NCBI GenBank assembly: GCA_965369605.1
Contig: CBDURE010000003.1
Span: 1 to 57,549, forward strand
Source: an uncultured bacterium
GTDB taxonomy: Bacteria > JAJVIF01 > JAGGVT01
Length of the DNA: 57,549 nucleotides
Direction: 5' to 3'
The notes beneath the pieces were generated by a model. That model had not been told where the DNA came from. It did not search any database and saw only the letters and a list, made by a program, of their open reading frames with translations. Below are positions 39,369 through 48,630 of the stretch, one piece after another (within the stretch, counting starts at the first letter, position 1; every line of letters begins with the position of its first letter). The position numbers and the translations under genes are program-made.

Positions 39369-40499
39369 TTAACTCAATTCGGAAGTAAAAAAACTCTCAA
39401 TCGTATCAACCATGTTATCCCAACTGAATTTACGGCTGTAGTCCTCAATCCTCTGTGGATAGCTCTCTCTGGATGGATTTTTCAAAACGCTGATTATACC
39501 CTCAGCCAGAGCATTAGGATTTTCTGGCTCAACAATAGCGCCCGTTGAACCATCTTCCACAACTTCAGGAAGGCCTCCAACTCGCGTAACGATAACCGGA
39601 AGATTGAATCCGTATGATATCTGCACAATTCCACTTTGTGTGGCGGATGTGTATGGCAGCGCGAGGCAGTCTGCGAGATGGAAATAATCACCGATATTTT
39701 CATTGGGAACGTATGAGTTAATCAGTTCAGTACGACTGCCAATTCCAAGTTCCTTAATGAGCTTGCGGTAGTCATCCTCGCTTTCCCAGAAATCACCTAC
39801 AATTAAAAGATGCGCATCGGGAACCTCTTTTAAAACAAGCGGGAAAGCATCGACAAGATATTTAAGCCCCTTGTATGGCCTGACAACTCCGAAAAAAAGC
39901 ACAGTGTTGGGTTTCTTCTTCGATTTAATCCCCGCGATTTTAGATTCATCATACATATTGGCAAAATGATCGTATGTCGGATGCACGTTAATCTTTACGT
40001 TTGCATCTTCTCGATATTTAAGAAGATTATCTTTGTCATCAGTAGAGTGGACAATGAAATAATCAACATCGCGGAATGCCAGATTGGTAAAGGAAGATTC
40101 GAATGGACGGTTCTCATGCTGCTTGACGTTATGGCAGATATACATCACGCTCGTTTTTGATTTGCGCAAACGATAGTTTATATGCGCGTTTTGAAGAGCG
40201 AAAAAATAAGTCCACCATGCGGTGAGAAGAAGGTCACAATCGCTGTCGATTATTCTCCTAACGATTCTGTTCCAGCTTGGAGGCGACAGTGAGTGAAAAA
40301 TACGTTCGTTTTCAACTGTGATTGTCTTTTCACTTGAATCAAACTGGCCTGTTCCGGGATATAGAAATTTAGGATATTGATATTTGAAACTCAGGAAATC
40401 GACATCGTGGCGTTTTCTCAGATGTTCAACCAGCAAAGTTGTATAGTGAGATATTCCACCCTTGATTGGATATGTCGGACCGAGTACTGCAATTCTCAT
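39369..40499 (-). CDS. Glycosyltransferase family 4
   Basis: KGGISHYT, FFGVVRPYKGL, LPYTSATQSG, TRVGGLPEVV. Confidence 0.92.
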   Translation of the reverse strand: MRIAVLGPTYPIKGGISHYTTLLVEHLRKRHDVDFLSFKYQYPKFLYPGTGQFDSSEKTITVENERIFHSLSPPSWNRIVRRIIDSDCDLLLTAWWTYFFALQNAHINYRLRKSKTSVMYICHNVKQHENRPFESSFTNLAFRDVDYFIVHSTDDKDNLLKYREDANVKINVHPTYDHFANMYDESKIAGIKSKKKPNTVLFFGVVRPYKGLKYLVDAFPLVLKEVPDAHLLIVGDFWESEDDYRKLIKELGIGSRTELINSYVPNENIGDYFHLADCLALPYTSATQSGIVQISYGFNLPVIVTRVGGLPEVVEDGSTGAIVEPENPNALAEGIISVLKNPSRESYPQRIEDYSRKFSWDNMVDTIESFFTSELS

Positions 40500-41245
40500 T
40501 TTTCAGAAATCTCATCAGGAATTTCGTGACTATGGTCATGTGGCATTGATGGTTGCTCTTTGAATATCATAAGTAATTCAGGATCAATTATGGCGACATC
40601 AAGGGTTAAAGTAGTATTATTCAGCCATTCATTATAAGCTTCAATCTGCGCTTCTTCGGATGCGTCTGATTTATCCAGCTTGTCGATTACAGCGTCCATT
40701 AAAGCGTTTTGAAATAAATCCTTCCTCAGGCGTTTCTTTAGAGAATCCTCTGTAACGTTGAATTCCTCCAAAAAAGCGTGGAACTTCTCTTTTCCGCCCT
40801 GCTCCTCAATTATTGCAGTTATCTCACTTTCGATTTCATCCTCTGATATCTCAATCTTGAATTCTTCTACGCCTTTCATAATTGCGGCATCAGAAAGGAT
40901 TCGCTTCATCGCCTGCTTTATAGCAATTGTTTTGGCGGTTTTTGTCAATCCTGAACTTTCACCGCTCATCATCATGTAATATGTTCTTGCATGAGTGTCG
41001 ATTTCACCGATTGAATATTCCCTGCCATCGATTTTCATTGCGACTTGGGAATTATCAATGTCAAAGGACTCATCACCGGATTCGTTCGCTCCCATTGAAC
41101 CCATAGCGCCCATAATGTTGTTATGAGGATTCGCTTCAGGTGACGGATTCTGTCGCGAGAAAAATGCCTTATCCGCAATCACGAAAACCACGATAAGTGC
41201 GATTATGATCAGGATATCTCTTATTACTTTTGTCTTGCTTATCAA
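40496..41245 (-). CDS. Membrane-anchored SurA N-terminal-domain chaperone-like protein
   Basis: N-terminal TM; KIEISEDEIESEI...GGKEKF..FLEEFNVTEDSLKKRLRKDL; His-rich tail. Confidence 0.65.
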   Translation of the reverse strand: MISKTKVIRDILIIIALIVVFVIADKAFFSRQNPSPEANPHNNIMGAMGSMGANESGDESFDIDNSQVAMKIDGREYSIGEIDTHARTYYMMMSGESSGLTKTAKTIAIKQAMKRILSDAAIMKGVEEFKIEISEDEIESEITAIIEEQGGKEKFHAFLEEFNVTEDSLKKRLRKDLFQNALMDAVIDKLDKSDASEEAQIEAYNEWLNNTTLTLDVAIIDPELLMIFKEQPSMPHDHSHEIPDEISEK

Positions 41246-41263
41246 TTCATGTCCTCACGCTGA

Positions 41264-42103
41264 CTAATGACCGCTGTTATCTTCTTCCGGTTCATCCGGA
41301 GTGTCATCGTCTGTCTCGTCGGATTTATCCTCATCCTCAGTCTCTTTTTTCTCCTCAGATTTATCCGATTGTGTCCTTTTAATCTCAGCAGGTTTTATTC
41401 TTGATGAATCCACTTCCTGAATGGTTTCCTCTTTTTTCTTTATTGTGGATAGATCCTTGAGTTCCTTAGGCTTGACGTAATTAGTTACCCAACCCTTGTT
41501 TTCATATTCATCCGCAAGTACATCAATGAAAATCTGCGCTTCTTTGGATAGTATTCGACGTTTCATGTTATCTACTACAACCTCGGAAACATCATCGAAG
41601 GTTATAGACTCAGGATTATCCTGCTTTTCAGGAACATTCCCTGCATACATTCGCTGGTTTGCGGGAAGGTTTCCTTCGAATTCCTCACGGGCATCCTCAA
41701 GAGTAACGGGGAATTCATCATTGATTAGCTGCTGGAACATAACCTGCAATCTAATCTGCTTCTTCATGAAAAGAACAGTTACTCCCTGCTTGCTTAACTC
41801 GTCTATGAGCTTAGCCTCATCACCCTGAGCTTTAGCAAGAACAAAACCGTCCCATTCCTTGTTCATCTTTTCTTCGTCGAAAGCAATATCACGCGCTTTG
41901 TATTCCTGCTTGATAATCATTTCCTTTATCAGGTTGTCAACAACCATTACAAAGGAGGGATTATCAAATACATCTTTAAGGATTATCTCCTCGCCTCCAA
42001 CTTCCGCGAGAACAATCGACTTGTCAACCTTTTGGCTTGAGGAGCATCCAAGTGAAACGATTATGAAAAGAAGTGTAATTGATGCAAATATAGTGATTCT
42101 CAT
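41264..42103 (-). CDS. PrsA/SurA-like lipoprotein lacking a rotamase domain
   Basis: Lipobox SLGC; VLAEVGGEEI, LIKEMIIKQE, ITFDDVSEVV; acidic tail. Confidence 0.6.
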   Translation of the reverse strand: MRITIFASITLLFIIVSLGCSSSQKVDKSIVLAEVGGEEIILKDVFDNPSFVMVVDNLIKEMIIKQEYKARDIAFDEEKMNKEWDGFVLAKAQGDEAKLIDELSKQGVTVLFMKKQIRLQVMFQQLINDEFPVTLEDAREEFEGNLPANQRMYAGNVPEKQDNPESITFDDVSEVVVDNMKRRILSKEAQIFIDVLADEYENKGWVTNYVKPKELKDLSTIKKKEETIQEVDSSRIKPAEIKRTQSDKSEEKKETEDEDKSDETDDDTPDEPEEDNSGH

Positions 42104-42260
42104 TATGTTTACCCATCCTGGTTAGCTATTTATACGAAACAAAAATTCTATCATTTTTATCGAAGTTACAAAACAAGAGTATTCTTAAATACACACAAAT
42201 CAAATCCCCCATGAGTAACCATGGGGGGTGTTTATTATCCTATGCATGTGAGGAAATATT

Positions 42261-43655
42261 CTAATCAACAGGTTCGAAACGTCCCTGGAAGAACCTTAGC
42301 ATTTCAGGCTCATAGGTGAATTTTAACCCTTTGATACTTTCACGACGCTCCATCACAGCCAAAACGCCCTCTGCCGCGACATCCATGTGCAGATTCGTGT
42401 AAACCCTTCTGGGAATTGTTAATCGTACAAGTTCAAGGTTTGGCCTTCTGTTTTTACCAGTTTCCGGATCTCGTCCCGATGATACATTTCCTCTCTCCAT
42501 TGCCCTGACACCGGATTCGCAATATAGCTCAGCGGCAAGACTTTGAGCGGGAAATTCATCCTGGTCGATATGTGGAAGAATTGATTTCGCATCCAGAAAT
42601 ACCGCATGGCTTCCGATTGGCAGAATAATAGGAACGCCTTCTTTTTTGAGGCGGTTACCTAGATATTCTGTCTGTCGTATTCTAGCGGCGACGTGATCGT
42701 CGGTTTCAGTTGCTTCTCTAATTCCACGCGCGACAGCTTCCATATCGCGGCCAGCCATGCCACCGTAGGTGTGAAGTCCCTCAAAAACAACAACCATCGC
42801 TTTTGCCTTTTTATAGAATTCCTCATCGTTCATGGCGAGAAAACCGCCAATGTTAACAAGATGGTCTTTCTTGGAACTCATGGCGCAGCCATTTGTCAGA
42901 TCGCAGATTTCCCTTAATATTTGAGCTACGCTTTTGTACTCATATCCTTTTTCACGCTGCTGAATGAAATATGAATTCTCTATCATACGGGTAGCGTCCA
43001 GCATGATAAGAATATTGTGCTTATCGCAGAATTCCTTTAAGTCATGCAGGTTAGCCATGCTGAATGGCTGTCCTCCAGCCATGTTGACACAACCTTCAAG
43101 TGATACATATGGAATCTTGTCAGCGCCGACCTTATCAACCAGCTTCTGCATTTTGTCCATATCAATATTACCCTTGAACGGAAATTCATCGGATGGATTG
43201 TGCGCTTCATCGACAATCACATCAACGAATTTCCCGCCTGCCAGTTCCTGGTGAAGACGGGTGGTTGTGAAAAACATGTTGCCCGGAACGTAGTCGCCTT
43301 TATTAATGAGAATTTGCGACATAATATGCTCAGCGCCGCGTCCCTGATGGGTTGGCACAATGTACTTAAAGCCATACACGTCTCGCATTGCTTTTTCGAG
43401 TTCATAGAAGTTGCGGCTTCCTGCGTATGCCTCATCGCCAAGCATCATCCCAGCCCATTGGTTATCGCTCATGGCGCTGGTTCCGCTATCGGTTAGAAGA
43501 TCGATGTAAACATCTTCACTTCGAAGTAGGAACGTGTTATAACCGGCTTCCTCGATGCACTTGCTCCGATATTCCATCGTGGTCATTTTGATGGGCTCGA
43601 CAGCTTTTATCTTGTATGGTTCAGCCTGTGTTTGAATACGTGGATTACCTGTCAT
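42261..43655 (-). CDS. tpl: Tyrosine phenol-lyase
   Basis: EAGYNTFLL, DLLTDSGT, GDEAYAGS, PTHQGRGAE, MSSKKD (PLP Lys); C-terminal LRFF (TPL) rather than LRHF (tryptophanase). ATG 43655 with GGAGG. Confidence 0.88.
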   Translation of the reverse strand: MTGNPRIQTQAEPYKIKAVEPIKMTTMEYRSKCIEEAGYNTFLLRSEDVYIDLLTDSGTSAMSDNQWAGMMLGDEAYAGSRNFYELEKAMRDVYGFKYIVPTHQGRGAEHIMSQILINKGDYVPGNMFFTTTRLHQELAGGKFVDVIVDEAHNPSDEFPFKGNIDMDKMQKLVDKVGADKIPYVSLEGCVNMAGGQPFSMANLHDLKEFCDKHNILIMLDATRMIENSYFIQQREKGYEYKSVAQILREICDLTNGCAMSSKKDHLVNIGGFLAMNDEEFYKKAKAMVVVFEGLHTYGGMAGRDMEAVARGIREATETDDHVAARIRQTEYLGNRLKKEGVPIILPIGSHAVFLDAKSILPHIDQDEFPAQSLAAELYCESGVRAMERGNVSSGRDPETGKNRRPNLELVRLTIPRRVYTNLHMDVAAEGVLAVMERRESIKGLKFTYEPEMLRFFQGRFEPVD

Positions 43656-43809
43656 TGAAATTGTGCCTCCATAATTAATGCACAATGCTGTGATTCGATA
43701 ATTGAAAAAATGACGCCCCGATATGGGGCATTTAAAGATTAGATATTACTGTCAGGAATTGTATGAGTCAAGATTAAGATTCAATTTACTGAAACTTTAA
43801 AGAAAAAAT

Positions 43810-44517
43810 CTAATCAGGTAATTGAACCAATTTTTTGAAATGCTTTGGTATATACGTCGCTGCTCTGAAAATGAAGAGATGCTCATCCTCAAACATTACA
43901 CCGGGCAACTCCCTTAACTTATCGACTCCGTGCCGCGCCGGATTATCCAGATTCAAACCTACAAATGACGAATTTAAATCGAGTTTATTTTTGTCTGAGT
44001 CATCCAGTGAAAGGAAAAATACAAGGTGATTATCTTTAAGATCTTTTATCTCCTCAATGAAATTCTCAGCTATATCCTTTGCCTCTTTGGTTTTTTCCTC
44101 GAGCATTATCACCTTATCGACATGTATGTTTTCTCTAATTTTAAACGATGTAGTCTTATCTTTTCTCTCCCGGATTAGTTTGTTCCATTTGTCAGTGGAT
44201 GAGAAATCGTCTTTGGTGAAACCGCTTTGATTTCCTTCATTAATCAAAATCGCGAATGTGCTTTGGAATTCAATTGGATTTACCGCATTTTCGTCAAATT
44301 CATCCTCAGCGTTAACCACAACGCTGTTTGACGGCATCCTTTTCATTATATCCTCATGCTCGCTGATATCGATTGGTTCAGGTTCACTTTCAGGCGCTTT
44401 TGGGGATGGCTTAACCACAATGGTTCTGCTGCCGCATGAATAAATGCAGACAGATACCAGTATCAGAATTAAGATCAGTACGATATTGAAAATGAATCTT
44501 TTCATATTTCTAATCAA
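43810..44517 (-). CDS. Hypothetical lipoprotein
   Basis: Hydrophobic N-terminus ending IYSC; overlaps the stop of the pmbA-like gene. Confidence 0.6.
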   Translation of the reverse strand: MIRNMKRFIFNIVLILILILVSVCIYSCGSRTIVVKPSPKAPESEPEPIDISEHEDIMKRMPSNSVVVNAEDEFDENAVNPIEFQSTFAILINEGNQSGFTKDDFSSTDKWNKLIRERKDKTTSFKIRENIHVDKVIMLEEKTKEAKDIAENFIEEIKDLKDNHLVFFLSLDDSDKNKLDLNSSFVGLNLDNPARHGVDKLRELPGVMFEDEHLFIFRAATYIPKHFKKLVQLPD

Positions 44518-45866
44518 TGATCAGACTTGCCTGTGAATTCAAAATCATTTATCAAAACACCGGGAAGAATATATGAGCCGGCTTCACCCCACCACGCCGG
44601 TATCATTGCAACAGCGCTGGATATCTCTGCAACATTATTAAGAATTCTCACCATGCTGTCAGTCCAGCGCATATTCTTCAAGCCGTGTTTAACCTCGCCG
44701 TTTTCAATCAGGAACAGCCCATCTCGTGTCATTCCTGTCATGCGAGCGGTTGGTGTATGAAGAAAACCGTTCACATAATGGAAACGTGTAACAAGCACTC
44801 CGTGTTCAACTGATTTGATAATTTCCTCAAGTGGTTTTTCTCCGGGATTCATGAAAACGTTCATCGGCATTGCGCCGTGAGCCATTCCTCTCGCACCCAG
44901 TGAATGCCCTGTGGATTCTTTCCCCATACGTTTGCCGGAATATGTGTCATAAACCACGTCTTTCGCGACACCGGCATCAATGAACGTTACAGGCTGTTTG
45001 GGGAAACCCTCAAAATCGAATGGCGAGCACATTCCGCGTGTGTCGAGAGCGTCATCATAGATTGTGATATTATCGCCGAGTATTTTCTCGCCGAATTTCT
45101 CATACATGAATCCGGTCCCTTCCTCGATTGACTTTGATGTGAACCCGATATATCCGAGCCATTCCATTACTTCGCCAAACGCTACGGGTTCAAGAACGAC
45201 ATCGATTTTGCCCACATCGATTTCCTTCGGGTTGATTCCCTTTAGCGTTTTATCAACTGCGGTTTGCGCCAGTTTATCGAAATCAACTTTTGTAATATCC
45301 CTGCCAACCGCGGATGAATGTGATGAAAACGTTGGATGCATCACGATGTTGGACATATCGAAAAAGGTAAACGGCTGGTATGCCCTTATACCCTTGGAGT
45401 TCGCAATCATCAATTCCGATTCACCCGATTTGAATCGCCCTGCAACATTTAAATCATGCTTTTTTGCCAGGTCGAAAACCTTCTTGATTCCGGCGATTCT
45501 ACCAGCCTGGCCGGCTTCTACAGTCGCGGGTGCATGGGTGTCGATTATTTTGTATTCCTGCGGTCCGGGAAGTCCGGGGAAATTCTTTGTCGGTTTTTTC
45601 CTGTCAGCGATGCTTAACGCTGTCTTAAAGGCGTTATCCAGGCCATCTTTCGACATGTCGGTTGTACCGGCTACCCCGATTCTGCCACCCTTGACAACCC
45701 TGAACGTAACATTCGCCGAATTCTCATGCATTGTCTGATGGGTTATGGTGTTGGCGTATCGAGTCATGCCCGTGCTGGTATTAGCGAAAGTAGCCTCGAT
45801 CTCATCAGCTTCGCTGCTGTCCAGATATGGCTTTAGAAGTTCGTCTATTTTTTCTTTACCAAGCAT
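44514..45866 (-). CDS. pmbA: TldD/PmbA family protein (PmbA/TldE-like)
   Basis: TRYAN, PFDFEGFP, STGHS, TGMTRDG; no HExxH; paired with tldD. Confidence 0.85.
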   Translation of the reverse strand: MLGKEKIDELLKPYLDSSEADEIEATFANTSTGMTRYANTITHQTMHENSANVTFRVVKGGRIGVAGTTDMSKDGLDNAFKTALSIADRKKPTKNFPGLPGPQEYKIIDTHAPATVEAGQAGRIAGIKKVFDLAKKHDLNVAGRFKSGESELMIANSKGIRAYQPFTFFDMSNIVMHPTFSSHSSAVGRDITKVDFDKLAQTAVDKTLKGINPKEIDVGKIDVVLEPVAFGEVMEWLGYIGFTSKSIEEGTGFMYEKFGEKILGDNITIYDDALDTRGMCSPFDFEGFPKQPVTFIDAGVAKDVVYDTYSGKRMGKESTGHSLGARGMAHGAMPMNVFMNPGEKPLEEIIKSVEHGVLVTRFHYVNGFLHTPTARMTGMTRDGLFLIENGEVKHGLKNMRWTDSMVRILNNVAEISSAVAMIPAWWGEAGSYILPGVLINDFEFTGKSDH

Positions 45867-45953
45867 TTTTATTTCCTTTTGATTCGTGATTCCTGAATAC
45901 TTATGGGTATTTAAGCAGCAGAGTGTTTAAAAACCTCTGCTATTTTAAAATAA

Positions 45954-47405
45954 TTACAGCATCTGAATCTGTCTAAACCTTGTTGGAGGCACTCCGTGAG
46001 CTACATGCGCAGTCTGCATCGGATCGCCCTTGCCACAGTTTGGAAGTCCCCAGGTATGGTAGTCTTCCATACCGCCGATTGCATCGCAGGCGTTCCAGAA
46101 TTCAGGTGTGATTGCGGTGTAAACAGCGTTTTTGTAAACCTGCCCAAGTTTTCCGTTTTTAATTTCACGCGCCCATTCAACGCCGAATTGGAAATTGACT
46201 CGATGATCGTCAATCGACCAGCTTTTGTTTGTGTCGAGGAAAATGCCGTCCTTTGTGTCAGCGATTAAATCCTCAAGTGAGCCTTCACGCGGTTCGAGAT
46301 TGACGCTTACCATGCGGACGATTGGGATTCGATTCCAGCCGCTCGCGCGCATCGCGCCGTTGGATTTCAAATCCATGCCCACTATCTTGCCAAGTTTATG
46401 CGCGGATTGCCTGCTCATCAAATAACCGACGAATAATCCGTCTTTGACCGCAAGTGATTTTTGCGCTTTGACGCCTTCATCATCGTATCCGAAAGTCGCG
46501 ATTGAACCCGGAATTGTGGAGTCGAAATTTATATTTACAATATCGCTGCCGTATTTTAATTTGTTCAGTTTGTCCGGTGTCAGGAATGACGCTCCAGCGA
46601 GGCTTATTTCCTCGCCGAATACGCGGTCAAGTTCAGTCGGATGTCCGCATGATTCGTGAATCTGGAGAACCATCTGCGATGACCCGATTATGATGTCATG
46701 ATTGCCTTTTGGACATTCAGGAGCCGTGAGCAACTGGAGAGCTTCCTGACGGACCCGTTCCGCGTTGCCAACATGATCCAGTTCGCGAATGAATTCATAT
46801 CCTCTTGCCTGATGGTCGCCGCCGTGTGAGCAGGGGTAACTTCGTTTTTGAGCCTCTCCCTCAGCCATCGCGGTACATTCAATTCCTGAACCGGATTCAA
46901 GAACCACCTGATGAATTCTGGAGCCTTCAGTATTTAGAAAATATTTATCCGTTTTAAGAAAACCCATCGACCCCTGAGTAACGATGATTTTCTCATCCTT
47001 GCCCATTATCTGAGTCGCTTCTTTAAGAATGTTTATTTTCTCATCCAGCGAAACTTTAAAAGGGTCTTCGGAAAATTCACTGAAAAACTCATCCTGATAT
47101 GCCGGTTCATCCGCCAGTTCAACCTCGCCATCGACTGTTGGAGCGCTTTCCTTCGCAATCTGAATAGCATGGTCGCAAATCTTCTTCATTGATTCCTCGG
47201 ATATCATGTTCGATGAGCTGAATCCCCATGCGCCGTTTAGAAGAACTCGCACGCCAAAGCCGGCATCCGAATCAATTGTGAGATTTTCAACCTCTTCATT
47301 TCGAACAAGAATATGTTCGCTGTTCTGGTTGACCTCACGCATATCCGCATAATCGACACCCTTTGATTTAAGGTAGTCTATTCCAAATTCAAGATAGTCC
47401 TTCAC
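45954..47405 (-). CDS. tldD: TldD metalloprotease
   Basis: HESCGHPTE, GYDDEG, RM.S.NLEP, NCGKGDP.Q. Confidence 0.92.
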   Translation of the reverse strand: MKDYLEFGIDYLKSKGVDYADMREVNQNSEHILVRNEEVENLTIDSDAGFGVRVLLNGAWGFSSSNMISEESMKKICDHAIQIAKESAPTVDGEVELADEPAYQDEFFSEFSEDPFKVSLDEKINILKEATQIMGKDEKIIVTQGSMGFLKTDKYFLNTEGSRIHQVVLESGSGIECTAMAEGEAQKRSYPCSHGGDHQARGYEFIRELDHVGNAERVRQEALQLLTAPECPKGNHDIIIGSSQMVLQIHESCGHPTELDRVFGEEISLAGASFLTPDKLNKLKYGSDIVNINFDSTIPGSIATFGYDDEGVKAQKSLAVKDGLFVGYLMSRQSAHKLGKIVGMDLKSNGAMRASGWNRIPIVRMVSVNLEPREGSLEDLIADTKDGIFLDTNKSWSIDDHRVNFQFGVEWAREIKNGKLGQVYKNAVYTAITPEFWNACDAIGGMEDYHTWGLPNCGKGDPMQTAHVAHGVPPTRFRQIQML

Positions 47406-47606
47406 TTTTAACCTCCGGGAAATTCCGGGATATTAATGAAATATGTTCAGCTTTGCCAAATACAGAACAAGTATGTTAGCACAATATACAGCCGATTTAA
47501 AAGACCCGCTAATTATGCGATAAGTTCGGATATTTGGTAAAAAAGATTACACTGAGACTTTTGAAGAAGAAAGAATTGATACTGGTTCTCGTAAGCTAAA
47601 GAAATA

Positions 47607-47847
47607 GATTCCGGGTCAAGCCCGGAATGACAATCTACTTTCATCACTGACAATCTACTTTTATCACTGACAATCTACTTTCATCACTGACAATCTACTT
47701 TCATCACTAACAATCTACTTTCATCACTGACAATCTACTTTCATCACTAACAATCTACTTTCATCAATAACAAGCTTCTGTCCCTCCGGAACAAGCTTCT
47801 GTCATTCCGGAACAAGCTTATGTCATTCCGGGCTTGACCCGGAATCC
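47607..47847. repeat. Inverted REP-like palindrome pair enclosing 7 x 20-bp and 3 x 21-bp tandem arrays
   Basis: GATTCCGGGTCAAGCCCGGAATGAC ... GTCATTCCGGGCTTGACCCGGAATCC; CAATCTACTTTCATCACTGA x7 (47631-47770); CAAGCTTCTGTCATTCCGGAA-like x3 (47771-47831). Confidence 0.95.
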
Positions 47848-47934
47848 ATTTTTTAGTGGTCGCACACTTATTTACGATAGAAATTGTCGTATAATATAGG
47901 TATAGGGAACTTTACATTGCGAGGTGATTACGAA

Positions 47935-48429
47935 ATGAAAAAAGTAACAATGATTATTTCAATTGTGCTTTTTCTGGCAGCGTTATCGACATCCGCATTA
48001 GCGGAGGTTTACTGGAATGATGGAACAACATCCCAAATCCAGTATCCTGGAAACTACGCTCTAAAGGGATATTTTCCCAGTATGTCAGGAAACACTCCGG
48101 TTTATTTAATCCCCAATAATTCAATTCCCATATACGGCCAGAACTACTCAAGGCAAAAATACTACGGCAGCTATCAAAACTACTACAATCAATACAATCG
48201 CAGTTACAACCAAAGATATCAGAGGGTAGGACGTGGAACGCCCACCAGATGGGGCATTCAGGACAACTCGATTATCGAATGGAAAACCATGAATCATGGG
48301 CAGACTGAATGGAGCAGGGGAATCCCGCCGCCATCATGGTATCAGCCTTATGTCTATGGCCTTCCTAAAACCGCTGACCAGTTCTATGATTCGAGAGTGT
48401 CAGAAGAAAGAGAACGCAAGATAGATTGA
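47935..48429 (+). CDS. Hypothetical secreted Tyr/Gln/Asn-rich protein
   Basis: GAGGTG RBS; Sec signal peptide ending ALA; low-complexity YQNYYNQYNRSYNQRYQ. Confidence 0.7.
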   Translation: MKKVTMIISIVLFLAALSTSALAEVYWNDGTTSQIQYPGNYALKGYFPSMSGNTPVYLIPNNSIPIYGQNYSRQKYYGSYQNYYNQYNRSYNQRYQRVGRGTPTRWGIQDNSIIEWKTMNHGQTEWSRGIPPPSWYQPYVYGLPKTADQFYDSRVSEERERKID

Positions 48430-48630
48430 TACTGCTTGTGGGTGATTGCTCCGAAGTAACGCAATTTCACCCATAAAGCCGGGACGGCTGTATGGGCGGC
48501 ACCCGGCTTTTTACAATTAAATTAAACCTCAACTACTTTTCCCATATCCCATAGATTAACCCAATACTGGCACGCACGATTTAGCGCGCATGTGTTAAAA
48601 TCTCTGCCATTCAACTCATAAGGAAAGGTT

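Noticed and set aside
42261-43655. Tryptophanase (tnaA) call
   Set aside because: The YNTFLL and LRFF signatures match tyrosine phenol-lyase better.
27185-45738. Long antisense ORFs such as 27185..27817 and 45064..45738
   Set aside because: Shadow frames opposite well-supported genes, with no recognisable motifs.
47631-47770. Possible CRISPR array
   Set aside because: Units are contiguous with no unique spacers, only 20 bp long, and there are no cas genes; the same holds for 53475-53569.
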